The notes under the pieces: model-generated
Seen by the model: only the letters and a program-made list of their open reading frames with translations
Databases searched by the model: none
Told to the model about the DNA's origin: nothing
DNA from: an uncultured Collinsella sp.
GTDB taxonomy: Bacteria > Actinomycetota > Coriobacteriia > Coriobacteriales > Coriobacteriaceae
Length of the DNA stretch: 64,000 bases
Direction: 5' to 3'
NCBI GenBank assembly: GCA_958407995.1
Contig: CATYJU010000007.1
Location: 1,005-65,004, forward strand
Made by a program: the position numbers and the translations under genes
Shown: positions 7,996-18,272 of the stretch, piece by piece
How the letters are laid out: every line of letters starts with the position of its first letter
Numbering within the stretch: the first letter of the stretch is position 1

Positions 7996-8679
7996 CTAGA
8001 TTACGAAGAGAATCACCGCCATGAACTGGAAGATGCTGCCGGCGAGCACCCACAAGTGGAAAACACTGTGCAGATAGCGCACGTTTTTGGCGATATAGAA
8101 CGGCACGCCCACGGTGTAGCACACGCCGCCGACGGCGAGCAGGGCAAGCGCCACGGGGTTCAGCAGCGCCACGAGTGCGGGCAGTTTAAAGACAACGAGC
8201 CAGCCCATCAGCAGATAGACCAGGCCGCTTACCCAGTGCGGCTGGCGCTCGCGCATAAAGCACTCGAGGGCAATGCCGATAATGGCGATGGCCCATACGG
8301 CGAAGAACAGCGCAGCGCCGCCGTCGTTTGCGAGCGTGATGAGGCAAAACGGCGTATAGCTGCCGGCTATGAGCAGGTAGATGCAGCTGTGGTCGATGAT
8401 GCGGAACACGCGCTTGGCGCGCGCGGGTTGAATCGCATGGTAGAGCGTGGAGGCTAGGTACTCGAGGATGATGCTGACGCCATAGACAATTGCCGCGGCC
8501 ATGTGGGCCGGGCCACCGCCGCGCAGGGCAGCGAATACGATCAGGAGCACCAGGCCCGCGATACCCAGCAGACAGCCGACACCATGGGTGACGGAGTTCA
8601 TGATCTCCTCGCCCACCGTGTAGTGCGGAACGGCCGCGGCCTTGGGTCGCGGCTTGGAACTGTCGCTCGAATCGGACAT
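7996..8679 (-). CDS. Hemolysin III / PAQR-family 7-TM protein.
   Basis: Diagnostic segments are HYTVGEEIMNSVTHGVG, FRIIDHSCIYLLIAGSYTPF and YLHSVFHLWVLAGS. The track ORF starts at 8697; the internal Met at 8679 is preferred only weakly. Confidence 0.85.
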   Translation of the reverse strand: MSDSSDSSKPRPKAAAVPHYTVGEEIMNSVTHGVGCLLGIAGLVLLIVFAALRGGGPAHMAAAIVYGVSIILEYLASTLYHAIQPARAKRVFRIIDHSCIYLLIAGSYTPFCLITLANDGGAALFFAVWAIAIIGIALECFMRERQPHWVSGLVYLLMGWLVVFKLPALVALLNPVALALLAVGGVCYTVGVPFYIAKNVRYLHSVFHLWVLAGSIFQFMAVILFVI

Positions 8680-8865
8680 GCCGGTTACATCCTCCAACGT
8701 AAAGAGTTCTCAACACTATATCAAAGCGTCTGGGTGCGTGCGAAATTTGCACCATACGTGACCCTTTGTTTACCCATTCTTTGCCTGTTGACGCATCAAC
8801 GGCGAACGTCCATAATGCGCTTGCATTAAATGTTGATGCATTAACATCTTATAGGAGAATACCGC

Positions 8866-9831
8866 ATGGCTCAAAACGCACATTCCCATCGAAAGCTCAA
8901 GATAGCCGGCATCGTTGCACTGGTGGTTGTCATTGCGCTGCTCGGATTTGCCGGCAACTTTCTGTTTGACTTCGCGCTGAATCCCCGCGCGCCATACACC
9001 ATGAAGATGATGCAGGACGGCAAGGACGACAAAGAAAGTGAGCAGCTGGATGCCGAGGGAACCGAGGCGCGGGCATGGTTTAAAGAGAACCGCGAGAGCA
9101 GCAGCCTCACCGCAGATGACGGAACCGAACTTGCCGCTTGGTATTTTGCCGCCCCAGAGAGCACGCACAATTACGCTATCTGCCTACACGGATACACCGA
9201 TGAGCCCATCGGCATGGCCCGATACGTCAAACGATTCCACGACCGCGGCATGAACGTACTCGCACCCGCCGCCCGCGCCCACGAGCGCTCCGGCGGCGAC
9301 TATATCGGCATGGGTTGGCCCGAGCGGCTCGATGTCGTTGCATGGATTGGGCGGATCGTTCAGGCTGACCCCGAGGCGCGCATCCTGGTCTTTGGCGAGT
9401 CGATGGGTGCGGCAACCGCCATGGACGTCGCGGGGGAATCTCTGCCCGCAAACGTGAAATGCATTATCGAGGACTGTGGTTATACGAGTGTTTGGGACGA
9501 GTTTTCTCTGCAGCTCAAGGACGTGTTCGGGCTGCCCAGCTTTCCCTTGCTCGATGTAGCAAACTTGGTGTGCAACGTGCGCGCGGGCTACGACTTTCAT
9601 AAGGCGAGCAGTGTGGAGCAACTCAAACACGCGACGGTTCCCATGCTGTTTATCCACGGCGACCAGGACACCTTTGTGCCGTACGACATGCTCGACCAAA
9701 ACTACGACGCGTGCGCCAGCAAGGTCAAGCAAAAGCTCACCATCCATGGCGCCACCCACGCCAAGAGTGCGCAAGTTAACCCCGAGCTCTACTGGAACAC
9801 GGTCGACGACTTCCTCGACGAGTATTTTTAG
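8866..9831 (+). CDS. Membrane-anchored alpha/beta hydrolase (S9/BAAT-like).
   Basis: 321 aa with an N-terminal TM segment (IAGIVALVVVIALLGFAGNFLF). The nucleophile elbow is GESMGAA, and the late acidic and His motifs are IHGDQDTFVP and HGATHA. Confidence 0.8.
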   Translation: MAQNAHSHRKLKIAGIVALVVVIALLGFAGNFLFDFALNPRAPYTMKMMQDGKDDKESEQLDAEGTEARAWFKENRESSSLTADDGTELAAWYFAAPESTHNYAICLHGYTDEPIGMARYVKRFHDRGMNVLAPAARAHERSGGDYIGMGWPERLDVVAWIGRIVQADPEARILVFGESMGAATAMDVAGESLPANVKCIIEDCGYTSVWDEFSLQLKDVFGLPSFPLLDVANLVCNVRAGYDFHKASSVEQLKHATVPMLFIHGDQDTFVPYDMLDQNYDACASKVKQKLTIHGATHAKSAQVNPELYWNTVDDFLDEYF

Positions 9832-9876
9832 GCAAATAGTACGGTTTACTGGTCTATCTGACCCCTAGCACTTCCG

Positions 9877-9915
9877 AAAATCCGCCCGCGAGCGCTGTGC
9901 TCGCGGGCGGATTTT
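9877..9915. terminator. Bidirectional intrinsic terminator between convergent genes.
   Basis: AAAATCCGCCCGCGAGC-gctgt-GCTCGCGGGCGGATTTT forms a 17-bp perfect stem flanked by an A-tract and a T-tract. Confidence 0.75.
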
Positions 9916-9962
9916 GCTTGAATTAAGCCACGAATGCGCTTGATATGTCCAATAACTAGGTG

Positions 9963-11168
9963 CTATTTGACCTCGATGAGCTCGTACTTGCTCGTGCCCA
10001 GGCCGATCTTCTCGGCATGCGCGATGCACGCGCGCCAGTCGGTGTCGGGATGCGTGATGCAGAAGGGATCCTTGGCCTGCTCGCCCTCCAGATGCTCGTG
10101 GTTGTGCTCCATCTTGGCCGCGCTGTCGGTAAGCTCGGTGTTGGGCAGCGGCTCGGATGCCAGGACGGCATCGGCACAGGCCTGGTCGATGGCGACCGGG
10201 TCGAAGCTCGCGAACATGCCGATATCGTTGACGATAGGCGTGTCGTTTTCGGGATGGCAGTCGCAGTTGGGGCTGATATCCATGGCAAGCGAGATGTGGA
10301 AGCTCGGGCGGCCGTCGACGACGGCTTTGGTGTACTCGGCGATCTTGTAGTTGAGTACGTCGGCCGCGGCATCATAGTCGGGCTTGATGCAGTCCTGGTT
10401 GCACGCCGCAATGCAGCGTCCGCAGCCCACGCAGCGATCATGGTCGATGGCGGCCACGTGCACCGTGCGAGTAGCGCCGCTGGCAAGCTCGCGCTCGCGG
10501 GTGTCGTCAAACGAGATAGCGTTGTGCGCGCAGATCCTCTCGCAGGCACGGCAGCCAATGCAGTGCTCGGTCGCGACGTTCGGTTTGCCGGCGGCATGCT
10601 GCTCCATCTTGCCGGCACGGCTGCCGCCTCCCATGCCCAGGTTCTTCATGGCACCGCCAAAGCCGGCCTGCTCATGACCCTTAAAGTGGGTGAGGCTGAT
10701 CACAATGTCGGCGTCCATGAGTGCCTGACCGATCTTGGCCTCGCGCACGTACTCGCCGCCCTCGACCGGGACGAGCGCCTCGTCGGTGCCCTTGAGGCCG
10801 TCGGCGATGATGATCTGGCAACCCGTGGCATACGGGGTAAAGCCGTTCTGGTAGGCGGTGTCGATGTGCTCGAGCGCGTTTTTGCGGCTACCGACGTAGA
10901 GCGTATTGCAGTCGGTGAGGAAGGGCTTGCCGCCCAGCTCCTTCACGACATCCGCGACGGCGCGGGCGTAGTTGGGGCGCAAAAAGCTCAGGTTACCCAA
11001 CTCGCCAAAGTGAATCTTGATGGCGACGAACTTGTTCTCAAAGTCGATCTGCTCGATACCGGCGTGACGGATGAGGCGCTTGAGCTTGTCGAGCTGGCTC
11101 TCGCGAGCATGCGTGCGCAGGTTGGTAAAGTACACCTTAGCGGGTGCTGCGGGTGCAGTTGCGGTCAT
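9963..11168 (-). CDS. DUF362-domain protein with a 4Fe-4S dicluster ferredoxin insert.
   Basis: 401 aa with a DUF362-like N-terminus (KVYFTNLR...VAIKIHFGELGN). Two CxxCxxCxxxC motifs are present (CIGCRACERIC, CVGCGRCIAAC). Confidence 0.8.
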   Translation of the reverse strand: MTATAPAAPAKVYFTNLRTHARESQLDKLKRLIRHAGIEQIDFENKFVAIKIHFGELGNLSFLRPNYARAVADVVKELGGKPFLTDCNTLYVGSRKNALEHIDTAYQNGFTPYATGCQIIIADGLKGTDEALVPVEGGEYVREAKIGQALMDADIVISLTHFKGHEQAGFGGAMKNLGMGGGSRAGKMEQHAAGKPNVATEHCIGCRACERICAHNAISFDDTRERELASGATRTVHVAAIDHDRCVGCGRCIAACNQDCIKPDYDAAADVLNYKIAEYTKAVVDGRPSFHISLAMDISPNCDCHPENDTPIVNDIGMFASFDPVAIDQACADAVLASEPLPNTELTDSAAKMEHNHEHLEGEQAKDPFCITHPDTDWRACIAHAEKIGLGTSKYELIEVK

Positions 11169-11251
11169 AGATCTATCCCCTCGGTCTATATGGCGTTACA
11201 GACATAGAGGATGGTACCAGTTAAAGCAGAGTTAAAGTCAAGTACGGCACC

Positions 11252-11280
11252 TAGTCATTGGGGACAGACTTAAATGACTA
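11252..11280. repeat. Family A small palindromic repeat (TAGTCATTGGGGACAGACTTAAATGACTA).
   Basis: It has the same arms and core as the 2857 copy. It overlaps the TAG stop of the permease gene. Confidence 0.85.
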
Positions 11281-13959
11281 CTCCTGCACCTTCAGCGCCT
11301 CGGCCAGGCTGACGCGCTTGATAGAGCGCGTGTGTAGCAGCGCCACGACCAGGTAGGTCGCAAAGCCAATGCCGACGCATGCAGCCATGGACCAAGCGGG
11401 CACGTAGATCTCGATATTGCCGTTGTAGGCGAGCAGCATCGAGCGGAAGATGGCCGTGAGCGAGCCAATAATGACCGGCAGGCTCAGCACGAGCGACGCC
11501 GCCACGCACAGCGTGATCGAGCGGATGTACAGATGCGAGATCTCGCTATCTCGATAGCCAAAGACTTTCATATAGCTAATCGAACGGGCGCTGTGGTCGA
11601 TCACCGCCTTGGTCAGCAGGTACATAAACAGCAGGAAGATAAACACCGCGAGCCCGACCATCATGCCGATCATTTTGCTCATCATGCCGATGAACTGGTC
11701 GCCCACGGCGCGCATGTCGTCGGGCGTGGTGTCGCCGGCAAAGTAGCGCGCGTCGAGGTCGAGCTTCTCGTCGCTCACATAGCCGTTAAAGTAGGCGGCA
11801 TCGTTGTCGAACAGCTCGTTAAAGTCATCGATACTCATATAGATATTCATGTCCGACTTGGAGCCCCAGGCACAGTCCTTGCCCGCGTACTTAAGAGAAT
11901 AATCCCGAGCCTCGTACTTGTCGCGAAGCTCGACCTTCTGGCCCTCGCTCCAGCCAAACTTATCGAGCAGACCGCCGCCAAAGACGACGCGCCCGTCGCC
12001 GACGTTGAGGTCTTTCCAATAGCGCGAATGAGATGAAATGCCGTAGACGGAAATCGTCTCCTCGCCATTACCATCGCCGCGGTCGTATTGCAGCTGGTAA
12101 ACGGCATATTTCTCGGCCTGCGCGATTGCGCCCGCGCCGTTGTCGGTCGTATTGACCGGGTGGATATCGTCGTTGTCAGTGTCGATCTTAGAGGCCTTGT
12201 CGATCAGATCGATGGCCTCATCGCGGTTGCAGCCGAGGGCGTCGGCAAGATCGTCAAGGCGCGCGTAGAGCGCATCCTTCTTGTCCTGGACCTTGGCAAG
12301 CGCATCCTGCGCTGCGGTCAGGCTCTCGGCAGACGGAGATGCGGTCGCGGCATCGGCTGCCGTCTGCGCCGCATCGGCCGCGCCGTCAAGCTCGTCATCG
12401 GCATCCTGGGCGGCAGAAAGCAGCGCGCCGTCAACCGACTGCAAGCGCTCGAGTGCCGACCACTGCTCGCGCTCCTCGGCAGTGCCCTCGAGCTCCAGCG
12501 GCGCCTTGAGTGTGTACTGATGCTCGGCGACCAGGCTCGTCTCGAGGTTGTCCGCATAGTGCGTCATCGTGGGCAGGATCGCCAGACCAAAGAGCAAAAG
12601 CAGCGACCCAAACGCGATGCCCACGAAGAGCGTGGCGAAGTTGCCCAGGTTGCGCAGGAAGACGCGCAGGCGGAAGCGGGAGACAAAGCCCATGCGCTCC
12701 GGCAGCTGCAGACCGCGCTTGGTGCCCGATTTGCCGCTCGCCTCGTGGCGAAGGAACTGCAGCGGCGTCTTGCCCATTTTGCGGAGCAGACCCACCAGCG
12801 TGATAAGGATGAGCGCGGCGGCGGGGACCACGGCGCACTTCACAAAGATCTCCCAGCTCCAGTACACCTGGAAGGGAGGCAGGCTATACGAACCGTAATA
12901 GAGGCCGCGCATGGGCTCGGTAAAGAACGCGACGCCGAGCGCGGTGCCCAAAAGCGCCGCGAGCACGCCCACGATGGCGGGAAGCGCGAGGTAGTGCAGC
13001 ACGATCTCGCGGCGGCGATAGCCGCTGGCGAGCAGCGTGCCGATGATGGCGCTCTCCTCCTCGATGGTGGCGTCGGTAAGGACCACAAAGACGAACGCCA
13101 TGATCACGATGATGATGTCGAGCAGCGTCATCCACATCATAGAGTCGCCGTCCACGTCATCGCGCGCATAGCCAATGCCTTGATTGGAATCGGCGTCGAT
13201 CAGATCGTCCACGCGCGCATCGACGTCGGTCAGTGCCTCAACCATATCCTGCTCCGCATCGATGCGGTCCGCGGTGGGGAGGTCGCGATCGGTAAAGGTG
13301 AAGGAGTAGGTGTAGGCGGGCGCGCCGCCGGCATCTTCGAGCGCGGCAAAGCCGCCATCGGTGACCTCGGCCACGCCGTACGTGATGGTGTTCACCGTAA
13401 AGTCCGAATTGTTGAGAAACAGCGCCTGACTGTCGGGCTGGGTCATGATGCCGCAGATGATGTAGGTGCGCCCCTCAAGCTCAACCTTATCGCCCACGGC
13501 GAGGTCGTTGTTGGTGGCGAAGACACGGTCGATTGCCACCTCATCGTCCGTTTTGGGCTCCTTGCCCTCACAGTAGGACGCGATATCGACCTTGGTGCGG
13601 TGCGCATAGGTGCGCAGCGTGCGCTTGGTGCCGTCGTCGCCGGCGGTCTTTTTGATGATGGCGTCGATGGAGAAATTCTTGTAGAGCGTGACGCCGCCGA
13701 CATCGCCGGCCGCGTCCTCGGCAGCCTTGAGCTGGTCTTTGGTGGCCTCGAAGGAGGTGGTCACGCGGCCGTCCTCAATCGTGTACGCATCGCGCATGTC
13801 GTCGATAAGGCAACCGATGGAGTGGGCCGCGAGCAAAAAGCCCGAGGTAAGGGCGATGCTTCCGCACATAAGAAGAAAGATGCCCAGGTACTTGCCGATA
13901 TTGCGGCGCAGCTCGCGCGGGAGACGTTTTGCGAGAGGTGTCATGGCGCCGCCTACCAA
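11278..13959 (-). CDS. ABC transporter permease with two FtsX-type TM bundles (MacB-like).
   Basis: 893 aa. FtsX-like 4-TM blocks sit around residues ~270-400 and ~770-890, separated by large soluble regions. The gene overlaps the upstream ATPase gene by 7 nt. Confidence 0.85.
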   Translation of the reverse strand: MVGGAMTPLAKRLPRELRRNIGKYLGIFLLMCGSIALTSGFLLAAHSIGCLIDDMRDAYTIEDGRVTTSFEATKDQLKAAEDAAGDVGGVTLYKNFSIDAIIKKTAGDDGTKRTLRTYAHRTKVDIASYCEGKEPKTDDEVAIDRVFATNNDLAVGDKVELEGRTYIICGIMTQPDSQALFLNNSDFTVNTITYGVAEVTDGGFAALEDAGGAPAYTYSFTFTDRDLPTADRIDAEQDMVEALTDVDARVDDLIDADSNQGIGYARDDVDGDSMMWMTLLDIIIVIMAFVFVVLTDATIEEESAIIGTLLASGYRRREIVLHYLALPAIVGVLAALLGTALGVAFFTEPMRGLYYGSYSLPPFQVYWSWEIFVKCAVVPAAALILITLVGLLRKMGKTPLQFLRHEASGKSGTKRGLQLPERMGFVSRFRLRVFLRNLGNFATLFVGIAFGSLLLLFGLAILPTMTHYADNLETSLVAEHQYTLKAPLELEGTAEEREQWSALERLQSVDGALLSAAQDADDELDGAADAAQTAADAATASPSAESLTAAQDALAKVQDKKDALYARLDDLADALGCNRDEAIDLIDKASKIDTDNDDIHPVNTTDNGAGAIAQAEKYAVYQLQYDRGDGNGEETISVYGISSHSRYWKDLNVGDGRVVFGGGLLDKFGWSEGQKVELRDKYEARDYSLKYAGKDCAWGSKSDMNIYMSIDDFNELFDNDAAYFNGYVSDEKLDLDARYFAGDTTPDDMRAVGDQFIGMMSKMIGMMVGLAVFIFLLFMYLLTKAVIDHSARSISYMKVFGYRDSEISHLYIRSITLCVAASLVLSLPVIIGSLTAIFRSMLLAYNGNIEIYVPAWSMAACVGIGFATYLVVALLHTRSIKRVSLAEALKVQE

Positions 13960-14678
13960 TCGAGCTCGGCGGCCGCAACGGGCGACTCGTTGAGCTCATC
14001 CTCGACGATGTGCCCGTCGCGCAGGCGCAGCACGCGATTGGCCATGTGCGCGATGGCGGCATTGTGGGTGACAATGATGATGGTGCAGCCGTAGGTGCGG
14101 TTGACATCCTCCATGAGCTGCAGGATTTCCTTGGACGTCTTGTAGTCAAGCGCGCCGGTGGGCTCGTCGCACAGCAGCAGGCCCGGGTTTTTGACGAGCG
14201 CACGGCCGATGGCACAGCGCTGCTGCTGGCCGCCCGAGACCTGGCGCGGGAACTTGTTGCGGTGCTCGTAGAGGCCCAGCGAACGCAGCAGGTCGTCGAC
14301 ATTGAGCGGGTTTTTGGACAGGTGCGCCGTGACCTCGATGTTCTCCTTGATGGTGAGATCGGGCACCAGGTTGTAGAACTGGAAGACAAAACCCAGCTCA
14401 CGGCGGCGATACTCGCCCAGGTCGGTAGGCTTGAGCACCGTGAGGTCGCAGCCGTCCACCATGATGGAGCCGCCGTCGGCATCCTCCAGGCCGCCGATCA
14501 GGTTAAGAAACGTCGACTTGCCCGAACCCGAAGGCCCCAGCATGACGCAGATCTCTCCGCGGTTGATGGACGTGTCGATGCCGTCGAGCACCGTCAGGCG
14601 TGCATCTCCATCGCCGTAGTGCTTTTTGAGATCCTTAACCTGGACGTAGGCCTCCCGCGTTGCCATGATATCCCCCAT
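13953..14678 (-). CDS. ABC transporter ATP-binding protein (MacB/LolD-like).
   Basis: Walker A is GPSGSGKST, the signature is VSGGQQQR and Walker B is LLLCDEPT. Confidence 0.9.
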   Translation of the reverse strand: MGDIMATREAYVQVKDLKKHYGDGDARLTVLDGIDTSINRGEICVMLGPSGSGKSTFLNLIGGLEDADGGSIMVDGCDLTVLKPTDLGEYRRRELGFVFQFYNLVPDLTIKENIEVTAHLSKNPLNVDDLLRSLGLYEHRNKFPRQVSGGQQQRCAIGRALVKNPGLLLCDEPTGALDYKTSKEILQLMEDVNRTYGCTIIIVTHNAAIAHMANRVLRLRDGHIVEDELNESPVAAAELDW

Positions 14679-14760
14679 TGTTAGCCTTGTACTACTTTAT
14701 GAACATAATAGTAAACCTTGGCGAACTATTTTTGGGCGAGGCCTGGATTTTATTTCAGAC

Positions 14761-14940
14761 TAGTCATTGGGGACGTTCTAAAATGACTAGCTGTTGGGGA
14801 CACTCTTTCGCCACCCGCCAGTTAGGGACGTTCCCTTTCTGCCGGCAGCTGAGGACAGTCCTTGGCAACCCGGCGGTTCGGCAAAGACTGTCCCCAATGA
14901 CTAGTCGTTTAAGTCTGTCCCCAATGAGTACGATGACTAG
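14761..14940. repeat. A ~180-bp imperfect palindrome built from inverted 52-bp family A units. It contains six GGGGAC/GTCCCC-type motifs.
   Basis: The left unit is TAGTCATTGGGGACGTTCTAAAATGACTAGCTGTTGGGGACACTCTTTCGCC. The reverse complement of the right end is TACTCATTGGGGACAGACTTAAACGACTAGTCATTGGGGACAGTCTTTGCC. Confidence 0.8.
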
Positions 14941-14944
14941 GTGG

Positions 14945-16150
14945 CTAGGCGCGGGATTTGGTGCGCGAGAGCGCGAGGCCTGCGGCGGCAATGGCCACGG
15001 CGAAGAGCACGGTGACGCCCAGGTCGCAGGCGATGTCGCCCAGCACGGTGGACGTCAGGTCCGCGGCGAGCGCCTTGCCGATCGCGTCGTTCACCCAATA
15101 TGTCGGCACAAAGTGCGCCACGGTCTGCACGGCCGAACCCATGAGCGACAGCGGCATCCAGGCGCCGCCCAAAAACGTCATGAGCATGCCAAGCAGGTTG
15201 CCCACACCGTTGAGCAGCTCCTCACGTGCACCCAGACTCGACAGCATAAAGCCAACGGCCAGCGGCGTCAGCGCTAGGGCAAACGTTGCCGCCAGCGCCA
15301 GGCACACGCGGCCCACGCCGACCTCGGCAACCGCGCCGGCAAAGCCCACGACGCCCATCATGCTCGACACAAACCAAATGCAGACGGTGAGCACGGCGGC
15401 GGCCGCAAACACGGCAAGCGAACGCCGGCGCTCGGAAATTGGACCGGCATCCATACGACGCACGCGCTCGGGCTCGTTCATGCCCGAAAACACCAAGCCC
15501 ACCGACACGATGACCGACGAAATGATCGCGTACGCGCCAAAGTTGAAGTACGACTCGAGCGTGGCGGCGGCAGTCGAGTCGACCTTGACCTGCTCGATCT
15601 CGACCTTGGCACGCTTCGCGGCCGCATGTTCGGCGGCCTTGGCAACGTCGCCGTTAGAAGCAGCGGGCTCAAGCGCCGCCGCAGCGCCCGCGAGCGAGAT
15701 CCAGCGCGAGGCCTCGGCAGACGAAAGCGCCGCCGTCATGGTACCGGCACCGTAAGTCACATCGAGCTTGGGCAGGGACTCCCCCGCGCGGGCAGCCGCG
15801 ACCAGGTCGTCCTCGAACCCCTCCGGGATAAAGAACACGCAGTCGGCGCTGCCCTTGGCGCTGTTGCTCTTGGAGAGCGCGTCCGCAAGGTCGTACGTGT
15901 CATCGCCGACGCCCGTGACCAGGTCAAACCGCGAACCTAGGTGCTTGGTGAGCGCAAGTGAAAGATCACTGCCATCGCGGTCGACCACGATCACGTTGGC
16001 GTCGTAGGGCTTGTACTCGGTGAGCTGCGACGAGTTCCAGCTCACAGATGCCGCGATGAATACGCCCATCAGCGAAATGAACACCGTATAGATGAGCAGG
16101 TAGAACGGGTGCGCCAGCGCCATGCGAAGCGCGGTCTTAAAGGTGCTCAT
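14945..16150 (-). CDS. ABC-2 type transporter permease.
   Basis: ~400 aa with an N-terminal TM segment, a large external loop and a C-terminal 5-TM bundle. It lies in an operon with the 16137 and 17334 genes. The start is uncertain (16150 or 16165). Confidence 0.7.
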   Translation of the reverse strand: MSTFKTALRMALAHPFYLLIYTVFISLMGVFIAASVSWNSSQLTEYKPYDANVIVVDRDGSDLSLALTKHLGSRFDLVTGVGDDTYDLADALSKSNSAKGSADCVFFIPEGFEDDLVAAARAGESLPKLDVTYGAGTMTAALSSAEASRWISLAGAAAALEPAASNGDVAKAAEHAAAKRAKVEIEQVKVDSTAAATLESYFNFGAYAIISSVIVSVGLVFSGMNEPERVRRMDAGPISERRRSLAVFAAAAVLTVCIWFVSSMMGVVGFAGAVAEVGVGRVCLALAATFALALTPLAVGFMLSSLGAREELLNGVGNLLGMLMTFLGGAWMPLSLMGSAVQTVAHFVPTYWVNDAIGKALAADLTSTVLGDIACDLGVTVLFAVAIAAAGLALSRTKSRA

Positions 16151-17324
16151 AGCGGCTCCTTCCAAAAATCAGCGTGGCGGCGGCAACAAACACCAGCGTC
16201 ATGAGGACCAGCACGCCCGCGCGAACGGCAAAAGGCCCCAAGTCTTCAAAGAAATACAGGCGGTTGAACATGTCGCAGATAAGCTTGACGGGGTTGAGCC
16301 AGCACTCGGCCGGGCAGGCGCGGGCGACGTCGTCGGCAAGCGCCATCGCTGGCTCGCCGTAGAGGCCGGCGAACAGGGCGCACGTAGTGGCAAAGCCCGT
16401 GAGGATGCCAGACTTGGACGCCTTGCCGCCCTTAACGGGAAGCGTGCCCACAAAGAGTCCCAAGCCCGTGGCGGCAAGCGCGGAAGCGGCGCCGCCCACC
16501 AAACACAGCCCCTCGCGCCCGCCAAAGTCGACGCCCACGACCAGACGCACGTAGCCGATCGCGATCGCCATCGAGGCAAAGGAGACCAGCCACGAGCCCA
16601 CAAAGATACCGGCCAGCGACGCCGTTTTGGAAAGACCGCCCACGCAGCGACGCGCGCCAAGACCCGACAGATTGGGCTGCAGGTCGATGACGCTCAAGGC
16701 GGCAAACTCGGCAGACATCATCGCGACCAGGCCAAAGAGCGCGTAATAGTAGATGACCGTGCCGTCGGGTGTGGTGCGTGTCAGGCTTACGCGGCGGGTG
16801 CCGCCCTCGAGCGACAGGGCGCGCGCAACCGCCTCGGGGTCGGCGAGCGCCGCCGGGTTGTCCTGGGCAATCTGGGACATGAGCTCGGCATTTTGTGTAT
16901 ACGAGCTTGCCACCGTCTCCAGGATGCTGCGATCGGTGAGCACCGATGATGCGCGCGAGCTGTCGTAGCTCGATAGCAGTGTGAGCTTGGGCGTGCCCGC
17001 AGCGTCGACCGTATAGATACCCGCGACCTCACCGGCCTTGAGCGCACGGTTCGCATCGGCTGCGTCGTCGAGCTCGTGGATCTCGAGCAGCTGGTCGTCG
17101 CCTTCCTTGGCAAGCGACGTCGCCACATCCTTAAAGGTCGAAGCGTCCCAGACCTTGTCCGCCACGACGGCAACCGGCACCGGGTCGACCGTGCCGTCGG
17201 AGCTCAGGTTCGCAAACATAAACATGAACATCGTGGAAAGCGCGATGGGAAAGAGGGCGCCCCAGACCCACGTGCTCGGCCGGCGCAGCAGCGTTTTGAC
17301 CGTGATGATAATGGTGTTGAACAT
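16137..17324 (-). CDS. ABC-2 type transporter permease.
   Basis: 395 aa with the same architecture as its paralogous neighbour. It follows the ATPase gene after 9 nt. Confidence 0.7.
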   Translation of the reverse strand: MFNTIIITVKTLLRRPSTWVWGALFPIALSTMFMFMFANLSSDGTVDPVPVAVVADKVWDASTFKDVATSLAKEGDDQLLEIHELDDAADANRALKAGEVAGIYTVDAAGTPKLTLLSSYDSSRASSVLTDRSILETVASSYTQNAELMSQIAQDNPAALADPEAVARALSLEGGTRRVSLTRTTPDGTVIYYYALFGLVAMMSAEFAALSVIDLQPNLSGLGARRCVGGLSKTASLAGIFVGSWLVSFASMAIAIGYVRLVVGVDFGGREGLCLVGGAASALAATGLGLFVGTLPVKGGKASKSGILTGFATTCALFAGLYGEPAMALADDVARACPAECWLNPVKLICDMFNRLYFFEDLGPFAVRAGVLVLMTLVFVAAATLIFGRSRYEHL

Positions 17325-17333
17325 GGCTGCCCC

Positions 17334-18272
17334 CTAGTCGCGCAGCTCGCGGCCGGTGATCTCGAGGAACACGTCGTTGAGGGTCGGCGGCTCGCTCCAC
17401 ACGCGGCCGAGCGCCACATCGGCGGCGCGCAGCGTGTCGAGGATGTCGACCAAATTGTGCGGGCTCGCTTCGCAGGTGCAGACGAGCTCGCCGCCGGACA
17501 ACTCAACCGAAAGCACGTGCTCGAGGGCGCGCAGCCGCTCGACCGTGGCGGTCTCTACGGCGCTGACCTCGACTGTCAAGCGCTCGCCCATTTGAATCAT
17601 GCGTTTGAGCTCGTCATTGGTGCCCTGCGCCAGCACACGTCCGCCGTCCATGATCATGATGCGGCTGCAAATCTGCTCGACTTCCTCCATGTAATGGCTG
17701 GTATACACCACCGTGGCGCCCTCGTCGCGCAGGCGGCAGATGCCCTCCAGGATGGCGTTGCGGCTCTGCGGGTCGACCGCCACCGTGGGCTCGTCAAAGA
17801 AGATGAGCTCGGGCTTGTGCGCGATACCGCAGGCGATGTTGAGGCGACGCGCCAGGCCGCCCGAGAGCTTGCCGGGGCGAAACTTGGTAAAGTCGCCCAG
17901 CCCGACAAAGTCGATCGCCTCGTCCACCAGCGCGCGGCGGCGCTTGCGGTCGTTGACGTAAAGGCTGCAGAAATAGTCGATGTTCTCGCGCACCGTAAGC
18001 TCGTCAAACACCGCCACCTGCTGCGGCACCACACCGATGCGGCGCTTGAGGTCGTAGCGGGCGGGCGTCATGGGCTCGCCGAACAGCTCGATGGTGCCTT
18101 TGTCGTAGGCGAGCAGCTGCAGAATGCAGTTGATGGACGTGGTCTTGCCCGAGCCGTTGGGGCCCAGCAGGCCAAAGATCTCGCCGGGGGCGATGCTCAG
18201 GCTAAAGTGGTCGAGCGCGATAAGGTCGTCGTAGCGCTTGACGAGGTTTTCGACGTGGACGATGTCTGTCAT
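17334..18272 (-). CDS. ABC transporter ATP-binding protein (ABC-2/DrrA-like).
   Basis: I chose the start at MTDIVHVENL (18272). Walker A is GPNGSGKTT, the signature is LSGGLARR and Walker B is LIFFDEPT. Confidence 0.9.
   Translation of the reverse strand: MTDIVHVENLVKRYDDLIALDHFSLSIAPGEIFGLLGPNGSGKTTSINCILQLLAYDKGTIELFGEPMTPARYDLKRRIGVVPQQVAVFDELTVRENIDYFCSLYVNDRKRRRALVDEAIDFVGLGDFTKFRPGKLSGGLARRLNIACGIAHKPELIFFDEPTVAVDPQSRNAILEGICRLRDEGATVVYTSHYMEEVEQICSRIMIMDGGRVLAQGTNDELKRMIQMGERLTVEVSAVETATVERLRALEHVLSVELSGGELVCTCEASPHNLVDILDTLRAADVALGRVWSEPPTLNDVFLEITGRELRD

Noticed and set aside
5366-7999. Very long ORFs antisense to recognised genes. Examples are 5366-7999(+) at 877 aa, 12088-14094(+), 23191-24927(+), 27801-30134(+), 43026-44828(+), 51209-52711(-), 53018-53968(-), 57644-58636(-) and 59641-61278(+).
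   Set aside because: Their composition is dominated by Arg/Gly/His/Ala/Asp runs typical of the antisense frame of high-GC genes. Each one fully overlaps a gene with clear family motifs on the other strand. None shows a recognisable domain.
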